From assembly GCA_021771755.1 (NCBI GenBank), contig JAETOL010000014.1, positions 4,751 through 68,750 of the forward strand: a stretch of DNA of 64,000 nt. Reading direction: 5' to 3'. A program made the translations under genes and the position numbers. Source of the stretch: Lachnospiraceae bacterium (GTDB lineage Bacteria; Bacillota; Clostridia; Lachnospirales; Lachnospiraceae). The stretch's first letter is position 1. Every line of letters begins with the position of its first letter. Shown in pieces: positions 47,364 through 55,765 of this stretch. Below the pieces are notes generated by a model that ran no database searches, was not told where the DNA came from, and was given only the letters and a program-made list of their open reading frames with translations.

Positions 47364-48275
47364 TTACTCTAACAGACCGCTGTATACATAACCCGTCTGT
47401 CCTTCATATTCAATTTGGATCCAATCGCCTTCCTGACCCAGCTTTTCAACTTCTGTGCCTTCATCCAGGCCTCCAATGATGTCTGCATCACCGTCTGCTT
47501 CTGCTCTGACATTACAACCTTCTGTAACCGTCAAAACAGTTCCGTTTTCAGCATTTCCAGAAGCACTGGCATCTTCGCCAAGCCCATTCAGAAATTCTGC
47601 AAGATCTGGATCGTTCTTCTGTGCAGCATCATATTCCGCCTGTACTTTCGTTCGTAACTGCTGAACATCTGCATCATTCAAAAGATTTTCCATATATGTG
47701 GAAATTTTTGTATTTTGATCTGCTGCACCCAGGATTTTATAAATGTTCTTACTGTCTTTTACAACATACGCATATCCTAATGAAGGTACCGGCGTATCAA
47801 TTCCTGTGCAGATATAACTGTAACAAGTATATACTACATAAGAATTATCATCCAACCCCTTTTTTGTATAGACATTGCCTGGTGAATAAGCTTCAATATA
47901 ATCTTTGGCATTTGTGATTCTTGACTCATCAGATGCAGTCAGATCACTGACCAAAGTTCTTAATGCCGCAATATCTCTTTCCCCTAAAGCTCTGTAATAG
48001 CTGTGCATAAACGCAGAAATATCTGCGCTGCCTTCTTCCAAGGGATTCGCATCTTCTTTCTTCCCGTCGTTTGTCTCCCCATCATCTTCCGGAGAAGAAG
48101 GATCATTTCCCTGGCTGTTGTCCTGAACTGTTTTTTGATCTTCATCAGAAGCACCCTTCCCGCTTCCTACACAGGCACGTATGCCGAAGAACAAAACAGC
48201 TACGATCACCAGAATAGCACCGCCAAGCATAAAATAGCGGAGGTTATCTGATAACCATTCTTTGAAATTCTCCAA
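47364..48275 (-). CDS. Membrane-anchored protein with C-terminal bacterial SH3 domain
   Basis: One N-terminal TM segment, an acidic linker, and a C-terminal SH3b pattern (NVRAEADGDADIIGGLDEGTEVEKLGQEGDWIQIEYEGQTGYVYSGLL). Confidence 0.65.
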   Translation of the reverse strand: MENFKEWLSDNLRYFMLGGAILVIVAVLFFGIRACVGSGKGASDEDQKTVQDNSQGNDPSSPEDDGETNDGKKEDANPLEEGSADISAFMHSYYRALGERDIAALRTLVSDLTASDESRITNAKDYIEAYSPGNVYTKKGLDDNSYVVYTCYSYICTGIDTPVPSLGYAYVVKDSKNIYKILGAADQNTKISTYMENLLNDADVQQLRTKVQAEYDAAQKNDPDLAEFLNGLGEDASASGNAENGTVLTVTEGCNVRAEADGDADIIGGLDEGTEVEKLGQEGDWIQIEYEGQTGYVYSGLLE

Positions 48276-48331
48276 GTTCTTGTCCTCCTTAAATTACAAC
48301 GCGCCGGAACCTCCCAATTGTCCTGCGCAAA

Positions 48332-48403
48332 CACACCTGAAGGGAATCGAACCCCCGCACATGGTACCGGAAACCACTGCTCTATCCACTGAGCTACAGG
48401 TGC
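48332..48403 (-). tRNA. tRNA-Arg (anticodon CCG)
   Basis: Hand-folded cloverleaf: GCACCUG UA GCUC-AGUGGAUA-GAGC A GUGGU-UUCCGGU-ACCAU GUGC GGGGG-UUCGAUU-CCCUU CAGGUGU G. No CCA is encoded, and positions 1-72 form a G-U pair. Confidence 0.8.
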
Positions 48404-48604
48404 ATAAATACATTTCATTGAAATATATAATATCACATTAATTTATAAAAGTAAAGATTTTTCTTTTCTATGCACAATTAAGGAAATTTGTAGTATATCT
48501 AGTGTATGATAAAGATTTTGCATATTTCCCTACAAACGTTATCCTGCTGACAACATCTCAACAAAAAACAGAGGCCTGGATTTTTCCGGCCTCGTATGCT
48601 TTCT

Positions 48605-49831
48605 TTAAGATGTTTTCTGCAAGTCGCTGTAGGTTGTCCCTGTCTGCAGCTGGACTCCATTGATTTCTGCAAGCTTATGAACAGTTACAAACTGATAACC
48701 TTCTTTGATCATTTCCGGAATAAAAATTTCTGCCGCATCTACAGAGGTACTAAAAATATCATGCATAAGAATAATCGAACCATCTTTGGCCTGAGAACGA
48801 ACAATTTCTGCGATCTGCTGAGGATTCTGACTTTCCCAGTCCAGAGTATCGACAGACCAAAGTACCATTGGTGTTCCAACAACCGATTTTACAGAGGAAT
48901 TCACAGATCCATAAGGTGGTCGTACCACAGTAGCTCCCTGCCCGGTAAGCTTTACAAGAAGTTCGTCTACAGCACCTATCTCCGCGGATATATCCTCCGG
49001 TGATAAATTGGTAAGATCTGCATGAGAATATGAATGATTTCCCAATTCGCAGCCCAATTCTTTCATTCTCTTTACTTCATCAGAAAAATATTCAATTTCT
49101 TTTCCTACCATAAAAAAAGTAGCTTTTGCTTTGTTTTTTTCCAGACAGTCCAAAAGTCTGTCTGTAAAAGAGCTTGGACCATCATCAAAGGTCAGAGCCA
49201 CATATTTTTTTTCCTTTTTTTCAGGAACTTTGGTGGGCTCTGCCTTTGGTGCTTCTGTCTGTTCAGGGACGTCGGTCTGTTTAGGAGCTTCTGACTTCTT
49301 TTCTGAAGAGTAATCTTTCAGAGAGCCATCCGCCTGAAGTTCATAGCTTTTTCCGCCGGTTGTAATAAAACCAGTCTGCATAATTCCGTCCAGATCCATA
49401 AAATAACGTTTTCCGCCATCGTCTACCCAACCAGTCTGCATGATTCCATCCTGATTGAAAAAGTATCTTTTTCCATCTGTATCAGTAAGCCATCCTTTGT
49501 AAGGAGCCCCATTGACCATAAACATCCAGTTGCTTCCGCTGGATGTCCAGACACCTGTGGAGGCTTCTGGGGATATCTCATATATAGCAGGTGACACTGT
49601 AGGAGCTGCTGTTGGTGAAGGTGATGTCTGTACAACAGGCGTTTCTTCTGGCGTTTCTTTTTTATGAGACGGTTCTTCGTCATTTTCCTTTGCCGCAAAC
49701 AATTGGATGGTATCATTTTGAAGCTTTGAAGGAATCGCTGTTGACTGACGAAACAGATATCCGCATCCAAAACAGAGTAGTATAGAAATCAGAAGCAGAA
49801 AAATATTTGTCCGCTTATTGCCGCCTGGCAT
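48605..49831 (-). CDS. Polysaccharide (peptidoglycan GlcNAc-type) deacetylase with N-terminal cell-wall-binding repeats
   Basis: NodB-domain motifs (ALTFDDGP, HSYSH, RPPYG) are preceded by three choline/glucan-binding-type repeats (GWLTDTDGKRYFFNQDGIMQTGWVDDGGKRYFMDLDGIMQTGF). Confidence 0.85.
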   Translation of the reverse strand: MPGGNKRTNIFLLLISILLCFGCGYLFRQSTAIPSKLQNDTIQLFAAKENDEEPSHKKETPEETPVVQTSPSPTAAPTVSPAIYEISPEASTGVWTSSGSNWMFMVNGAPYKGWLTDTDGKRYFFNQDGIMQTGWVDDGGKRYFMDLDGIMQTGFITTGGKSYELQADGSLKDYSSEKKSEAPKQTDVPEQTEAPKAEPTKVPEKKEKKYVALTFDDGPSSFTDRLLDCLEKNKAKATFFMVGKEIEYFSDEVKRMKELGCELGNHSYSHADLTNLSPEDISAEIGAVDELLVKLTGQGATVVRPPYGSVNSSVKSVVGTPMVLWSVDTLDWESQNPQQIAEIVRSQAKDGSIILMHDIFSTSVDAAEIFIPEMIKEGYQFVTVHKLAEINGVQLQTGTTYSDLQKTS

Positions 49832-49959
49832 TTTCTTTCCTCCTCATATTTTTTCACATCATCGTGTCTGCTCCTATCATACAATAATCGACAAAAAAAT
49901 ACAACCCTGCCATGTATTTGCTTGTTGATAATAAACCAGAAAGATTATATAATGGAAAA

Positions 49960-50901
49960 ATGGAAAAAATAACAAACGAAACTACTATCCGAATAAATAA
50001 GTATCTCAGCAGTGCCGGAGTGTGCTCCAGGCGTGAGGCCGACCAATATACAGACGCCGGACGAATCACCATAAACGGAAGACCGGTCTCTACTGGAGAA
50101 CATGTTTCTCCTAATGCAGAAATCTGTCTGGACGGAAAACTCATCCAACCGGAAAGCCGTCAGGTCCTGCTCCTTTTTTACAAACCCAGAGGGATTGTCT
50201 GCAGTACAAAAAAGCAGCGACAGGAAACCACCGTCACAGAATTTTTGGATTATCCGGTACGCATTTATCCTATCGGACGTCTTGATAAAGAATCGGAAGG
50301 ACTACTCCTTCTGACGAATCAGGGAGATTTGGTAAATCGGATCATGCGAGCAGGAAATTATCACGAAAAAGAATATCTGGTTACGGTAAATAAAGAAGTT
50401 ACCCCGGAATTTATCCGGCATATGGCTTCGGGAGTTCCGATTCTGGACACTATTACACGTAAATGCTTTGTAGAAAAAACAGGCAAAAATGCCTTTCGCA
50501 TTATCCTGACTCAGGGATTAAACAGGCAGATCCGGCGTATGTGCTCCTATTTGGGCTATGAAGTTGTTTCTTTAAAAAGAATACGGATTATGAATCTGAC
50601 ATTAAGCGGCCTGAAATCCGGAGAATACAGAGAAATCCAGCCTGATGAAATGAAACGGCTGGAGCAAATGCTGAAAAATTCATCAAGCAAGACAATTACA
50701 GGAGGAAATTATGGAAACAGCCCTGCAGCAAATGAAAGAGCTGGTCAAAACATTAAACAAAGCGGCAAAAGCTTATTATCAGGAAGATCGAGAGATCATG
50801 GACAATCGGGAGTACGACGCTCTGTACGATCAGCTGGAAAAACTGGAGAAGGAAACAGGAATCACACTGGCAGACAGCCCCACAGTAAACGTAGGCTATG
50901 A
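49960..50901 (+). CDS. RluF/RsuA-family 23S/16S rRNA pseudouridine synthase with basic C-terminal tail
   Basis: S4 domain (RINKYLSSAGVCSRREAD) and catalytic motif (YPIGRLDKESEGLLLLTNQGD). The ORF has no stop until 50901, so its last 191 nt overlap ligA. Confidence 0.75.
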   Translation: MEKITNETTIRINKYLSSAGVCSRREADQYTDAGRITINGRPVSTGEHVSPNAEICLDGKLIQPESRQVLLLFYKPRGIVCSTKKQRQETTVTEFLDYPVRIYPIGRLDKESEGLLLLTNQGDLVNRIMRAGNYHEKEYLVTVNKEVTPEFIRHMASGVPILDTITRKCFVEKTGKNAFRIILTQGLNRQIRRMCSYLGYEVVSLKRIRIMNLTLSGLKSGEYREIQPDEMKRLEQMLKNSSSKTITGGNYGNSPAANERAGQNIKQSGKSLLSGRSRDHGQSGVRRSVRSAGKTGEGNRNHTGRQPHSKRRL

Positions 50902-52681
50902 GGCTGTTGATGTTCTTCCAAAAGAAACTCACGAAAGCCCCATGCTTTCTCTTGACAAAACAAAAGACAGAGAAACGCTTCGGCAATTTGTCGGGAACCA
51001 TAAAACTCTTTTGTCCTGGAAAATGGACGGCTTGACCATTGTTCTTACCTATGAAAACGGAGAACTTCAAAAAGCAGTTACAAGGGGGAATGGAACTGTA
51101 GGGGAAGTTATTACCAACAATGCCCGGGTTTTCCGGAATATCCCATTAAAGATTGCTTATCAGGGTCGTCTGGTACTGCGTGGAGAGGCTGTCATAACTT
51201 ATTCTGAGTTTGAGCGTATCAATAAATCAATTGAAGATGTAGAAGCAAGATACAAAAATCCGCGAAATCTATGCAGCGGTTCTGTGCGGCAGCTGAACAA
51301 TCAGATCACAGCTGAAAGAAACGTACGGTTTTATGCATTTGCTCTTGTATCTGCTTCTGGAACAGATATGCATAACTCCAGAGAATATCAGATGGAATGG
51401 CTGAAAGATCAAGGGTTCGAGGTTGTGGAATATCGCGTTGTCACAGCAGATAATCTGGATAATGCTATGGATTATTTTGCAGCCACTATCGAAAAAAATG
51501 ATTTTCCTTCCGATGGGCTTGTCGCTCTTTATGACGATATTGCCTATGGAGATTCTCTTGGATCTACAGCAAAATTCCCAAGAAATGCTTTTGCCTTTAA
51601 GTGGGCAGATGAAATACGTGAAACAACATTGCGCAGCATTGAATGGAGTCCTTCCCGAACCGGTTTGATTAACCCTATTGCTGTGTTTGATCCGGTGGAA
51701 CTGGAAGGAACTACCGTCAGCCGTGCCAGTGTCCATAATGTCAGTATCCTAAAAGAGCTGGAATTGGGAATCGGAGACACAATACAGGTATATAAAGCAA
51801 ATATGATCATCCCACAAATTGCGGAAAATCTTACAAGAAGCAGTAATCTTCCTATTCCGGATATCTGTCCCGCCTGCGGGCAGGAGGCAAAAGTCATCAG
51901 GGAAAATGAAGTAGAAGCACTTTACTGTATGAATCCTGAATGCGCCGCAAAAAAAATCAAAGCTTTCACACTTTTTGTCAGCAGAGATGCAATGAATATT
52001 GACGGTCTTTCAGAAGCCACTCTGGAAAAATTTATTGCCCGAGGATTCATCCATAATTTTGGAGATATTTTTGAAATCGGTCGTTACCGGAAGGAAATTA
52101 TAGAAATGGAGGGCTTTGGCCAGAAGTCTTTTGATAATCTTATGGAAAGCCTGGAAAAAGCAAAAGAAACCACTCTTGCCAAAGTAATCTACAGTCTTGG
52201 AATTGCCAATATAGGTCTGTCTAACGCCAAGGTGATCTGCCGTCACTTTGACAATGATCTGGAAGCAATCCGAAAAGCTGATCTTGAAGAAGTCAGTGCC
52301 ATCGACGGAATCGGTCCGGTTATTGCCCGCAATCTGGTAGAATATTTTCAGAAAGCAGAAAACAACCAAAAGCTGGACCAGCTTATGCAGCATCTTCACA
52401 TACAAAAAGACGTGCTCCAAAAAGAACAGATTTTCACAGGGATGAATTTTGTGATTACAGGAAGCCTGGAGCACTTTTCGAATAGAAGCGAAGCAAAAAA
52501 TCTTATTGAGTCCCTCGGCGGAAAAGTAACCGGCTCTGTGACTGGAAAAACCACTTATTTGATCAATAATGATACTGCTTCTAATTCATCAAAAAACAAA
52601 AAAGCCAGGGAACTGGGAGTCCCTATCCTTTCAGAGGAAGACTTTATAAAGCTTACTCAGGCGGAAGGCCAGACAGAATGA
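50711..52681 (+). CDS. ligA: NAD-dependent DNA ligase
   Basis: Adenylation motif KMDGL, Zn-finger CPACG...C..C, HhH and BRCT regions. Strong RBS CAGGAGGAAATT precedes the ATG. Confidence 0.95.
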   Translation: METALQQMKELVKTLNKAAKAYYQEDREIMDNREYDALYDQLEKLEKETGITLADSPTVNVGYEAVDVLPKETHESPMLSLDKTKDRETLRQFVGNHKTLLSWKMDGLTIVLTYENGELQKAVTRGNGTVGEVITNNARVFRNIPLKIAYQGRLVLRGEAVITYSEFERINKSIEDVEARYKNPRNLCSGSVRQLNNQITAERNVRFYAFALVSASGTDMHNSREYQMEWLKDQGFEVVEYRVVTADNLDNAMDYFAATIEKNDFPSDGLVALYDDIAYGDSLGSTAKFPRNAFAFKWADEIRETTLRSIEWSPSRTGLINPIAVFDPVELEGTTVSRASVHNVSILKELELGIGDTIQVYKANMIIPQIAENLTRSSNLPIPDICPACGQEAKVIRENEVEALYCMNPECAAKKIKAFTLFVSRDAMNIDGLSEATLEKFIARGFIHNFGDIFEIGRYRKEIIEMEGFGQKSFDNLMESLEKAKETTLAKVIYSLGIANIGLSNAKVICRHFDNDLEAIRKADLEEVSAIDGIGPVIARNLVEYFQKAENNQKLDQLMQHLHIQKDVLQKEQIFTGMNFVITGSLEHFSNRSEAKNLIESLGGKVTGSVTGKTTYLINNDTASNSSKNKKARELGVPILSEEDFIKLTQAEGQTE

Positions 52682-52702
52682 TATACCAGGAGGAAAAATA
52701 AA

Positions 52703-53635
52703 ATGCCAATTAAAATACAGAGTGATCTGCCCGTAAAAGAGATTTTGGAAAAAGAAAACATCTTTGTCATGGACGAGGGAAGAGCCGTCCATCAGGATAT
52801 TCGTCCGATCCAGATCCTGATTCTGAATCTGATGCCTTTAAAGGAAGAAACCGAACTTCAGCTTCTGAGATCACTTTCCAATACTCCTCTGCAGGTAGAT
52901 GTTACCTTTATGGCAGTAGAAAGCCATGTTGCTAAAAACACCTCAAAAAGTCATTTAAATAAATTTTATCAGACATTTTCTGAACTGAAGCATCTGCGTT
53001 TTGACGGAATGATCATCACAGGTGCTCCTGTGGAACAGATGGAGTTTGAGGAGGTTGATTACTGGAATGAGCTGACGGAAATTATGGACTGGACAGAATC
53101 TCATGTTACCTCTACCATTTTCCTTTGTTGGGCAGCTCAGGCGAGCCTTTATCATTTCTATGGTCTCCAAAAGAAAATGTTGGATAAAAAAATGTTTGGA
53201 CTTTTCTGGCATAAGGTTTTAAACCGCAAGGTTCCTCTCGTAAGAGGGTTTGACGATATGTTCCTTGCGCCTCATTCCAGACATACAGAAGTTCCAATTG
53301 ATGATATCCATGCCTGTAAAGAACTGACTGTCCTTGCAGAATCAAAAGAAGCCGGACTATTCCTTGCCATGGCAGAAGATGGCCGGAGAATCTTTGTTAT
53401 GGGACATCCTGAATATGATCGGATTACGCTTGATGGCGAATATAAACGAGACTCTGACAAAGGGCTTGCCATTGATATCCCGGAAAATTATTATCAGGAT
53501 AATGATCCACAAAACAAGCCGTTGCTTATGTGGCGCGCTCATGCAAACAACCTGTACACCAACTGGCTGAACTATTACGTTTACCAGAGCACCCCGTATG
53601 ACCTGATGGGGACTCCGGATTTTCGTTGTATTTAA
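52703..53635 (+). CDS. metA: Homoserine O-acyltransferase (MetA family; O-acetyl type expected in Clostridia)
   Basis: MPIKIQSDLP, ILILNLMP, the active-site region LCWAAQA, and GHPEYD. Confidence 0.9.
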   Translation: MPIKIQSDLPVKEILEKENIFVMDEGRAVHQDIRPIQILILNLMPLKEETELQLLRSLSNTPLQVDVTFMAVESHVAKNTSKSHLNKFYQTFSELKHLRFDGMIITGAPVEQMEFEEVDYWNELTEIMDWTESHVTSTIFLCWAAQASLYHFYGLQKKMLDKKMFGLFWHKVLNRKVPLVRGFDDMFLAPHSRHTEVPIDDIHACKELTVLAESKEAGLFLAMAEDGRRIFVMGHPEYDRITLDGEYKRDSDKGLAIDIPENYYQDNDPQNKPLLMWRAHANNLYTNWLNYYVYQSTPYDLMGTPDFRCI

Positions 53636-53853
53636 GATCCTATGGAATTCAAAACTTTGAACGTTTCCGTACCAGGATCTTACATAGTACAAACTAAATA
53701 AAAACTTATAAACAAGACTGGCACGAAGGTTTATTTTTCATACCCTAATATCAGTATAGAACTTAAAAACGTAAAAAAGGCTCCAAACGTAATAACGGGG
53801 CAGGATTTCTAAGAATCCCACCCCAAAACTTGACATAGAGCCTTTTTATATTT

Positions 53854-53900
53854 GGAGGCTACTGTGAAATAGATTACCCATCTATTTCACAGTAGTCTCC
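53854..53900. terminator. 47-nt near-perfect hairpin abutting the stop of the minus-strand gene
   Basis: GGAGGCTACTGTGAAATAGAT-TACCC-ATCTATTTCACAGTAGTCTCC, a 21-bp stem with one mismatch. No clean U-run on either side. Confidence 0.45.
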
Positions 53901-54722
53901 TTATTTAACTCCCCACTCCCAACGATCCAATAATGGGCTTCTGACTGCGTCTGCAGACACTCCTAAACGGTACAGACTGTAATTTCCCGCCGTTCCTACT
54001 TCCTGATATCCCTGGTTTTCCAGTTCTTTCTTCTGCTGCTCATTAGGAATTTTCACTACAAGATAATTACACAGGATTCTTTTTCCCACTGCCCCAATGT
54101 TCGTATAATTAAATACCGGTGCATTAATTTCCAAATACAGACGTCTCGCCCCTGCTCCAGCGTTTCCACGGCCTTCTCTGTTAAACATCATACAGATTGA
54201 GGGGTCATACACGCGAACATAAGGTCCTATATAATTGTCTGCTGCCAGAAGAAATTCCGAATCACCTGCATCTTTTTTTACCATTTCACAAATAGCAGCC
54301 ACTTCATCCGGTACCTGCTGATAATTATTTACCAGCTTATAGTTCCCGGCTGCATAAATTCCTCTTCCAGAATATGCAATCGCAGCTATTGCCAGCAGGA
54401 CAAGCCCAAACTGAATTCCTTTGTTTTTCCGTTCTTTCAAAAATTCTGTCATAGCAGCAGCAATTACCGGAATTGCCGGAAGAAGCCATAAGACACGCCA
54501 ATATACCGTTTTTCCAATACACTTCTGAATGAATTTTGCACTTATTGGGCAAAAAAACAGGATCAATACGACTGCAGTGTAGGGAATCAGATATTTTGTA
54601 CTTTTTTTATGCCTGCGAAATATCAAAAGATACAAAATAGAAAACACAAGCAGCCACATGACCAGACTTTTTCCCCAGTAATTATCCCAGAAGATTTTTG
54701 TCTGTTGAAAAATTTCTTTCAT
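53901..54722 (-). CDS. Hypothetical membrane protein (4 TM segments + extracytoplasmic C-terminal domain of about 150 aa)
   Basis: Hydrophobic N-terminal half and a soluble C-terminal half. It has its own RBS (CAGGAGGA), 13 nt after the upstream gene's stop. I recognised no family. Confidence 0.5.
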   Translation of the reverse strand: MKEIFQQTKIFWDNYWGKSLVMWLLVFSILYLLIFRRHKKSTKYLIPYTAVVLILFFCPISAKFIQKCIGKTVYWRVLWLLPAIPVIAAAMTEFLKERKNKGIQFGLVLLAIAAIAYSGRGIYAAGNYKLVNNYQQVPDEVAAICEMVKKDAGDSEFLLAADNYIGPYVRVYDPSICMMFNREGRGNAGAGARRLYLEINAPVFNYTNIGAVGKRILCNYLVVKIPNEQQKKELENQGYQEVGTAGNYSLYRLGVSADAVRSPLLDRWEWGVK

Positions 54723-54735
54723 TTTTGTCCTCCTG

Positions 54736-55764
54736 TCAGCCTATTAAAATATATGCAATGCCTAAAACAAAGGACGGCAGACAGCACAAAAGTCCTTTTC
54801 CCACTCTCTTCCAGTCTTTTCGCATCACTAGAGATACTGCCAGAAAACATCCCGTCATAATTGGAGCCAGAATAATGCCCATAGAGGACAAAAGGCAGCA
54901 GCTGATATTAGCCAGAAGAAGCGCAGTCCATGAATTTTTTCTTTGCTTCTCCAGAAGCATTGATATGCAAAGGCAAATCAGATAAGGAAGCAAAACAGAT
55001 GCAAGAACTGCCTTCCCCTGCCAGATTCGAACCATTTGAAAATTCCCTGCATTATATACGGAATATCCCGAAAAGCTACATATACAAGCTGCCAAAAGGA
55101 GATAAATATCTTTTGCTTTCTTTTCTCCGGAAAACCATTTTTCTCCAAGACAATACTGCACCATATATGCCATCGGAAGAAAGATCACAGGAAAAATCAT
55201 ATGAGCCATAATTGCCGGATGCAGTCCCCCGCTAAGCTGACTAACCACTGCCAGAAAAACAGGAAACGGAGAAAGTACATATCGTCTGGGCAGAATTCTA
55301 TACTCACATCCTGTATAAGGATCCACTGCAAAAATAGAATCCGTGTGTACATCGGTTGTTGCTGCCGCCACATAAAAACAATCATCCGCATCCATATGTG
55401 CCATAGCCGCACACATGAGTACTTGAAGGAGGATTACCACAACAGCCATCCAAAAATATATGGATGGCCGTTCCATTTTTTTTCGCAGATTTTTATTTCT
55501 GTTCTTTTTTTTCCATAACAATAAACCGGCCACTGCAAAGCCTGCTGCCAGACTCCCATACACTGCAGTCAGAACATGCAGCGGCATTTTCAGTAAGATC
55601 ATAGGAAGAACCAGAATTTCCATCATTGCAAAAAGTAGCAAATATCCATGAAGAAAAATTTCAGCAAATTTCAGCTGCCTTTTGCCTGTAAAAAGGATTC
55701 CTGCTGCAGCGGGAACTACTGCCAGCCACACCAGAGCCAGAACCCCTTTCATCACCATATCCAT
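54736..55764 (-). CDS. Hypothetical polytopic membrane protein (about 10 TM segments)
   Basis: 342 aa and strongly hydrophobic, with an acidic HMDADD loop after TM4. The ATG lies 1 nt after the stop of the XDH-family large-subunit gene. Confidence 0.5.
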   Translation of the reverse strand: MDMVMKGVLALVWLAVVPAAAGILFTGKRQLKFAEIFLHGYLLLFAMMEILVLPMILLKMPLHVLTAVYGSLAAGFAVAGLLLWKKKNRNKNLRKKMERPSIYFWMAVVVILLQVLMCAAMAHMDADDCFYVAAATTDVHTDSIFAVDPYTGCEYRILPRRYVLSPFPVFLAVVSQLSGGLHPAIMAHMIFPVIFLPMAYMVQYCLGEKWFSGEKKAKDIYLLLAACICSFSGYSVYNAGNFQMVRIWQGKAVLASVLLPYLICLCISMLLEKQRKNSWTALLLANISCCLLSSMGIILAPIMTGCFLAVSLVMRKDWKRVGKGLLCCLPSFVLGIAYILIG

Positions 55765-55765
55765 C

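Noticed and set aside
48206-48436. 76-aa ORF covering tRNA-Arg, and the 72-aa ORF 61842..62060 covering tRNA-Pro
   Set aside because: The sequence folds into canonical tRNA cloverleaves, so the ORFs are incidental.
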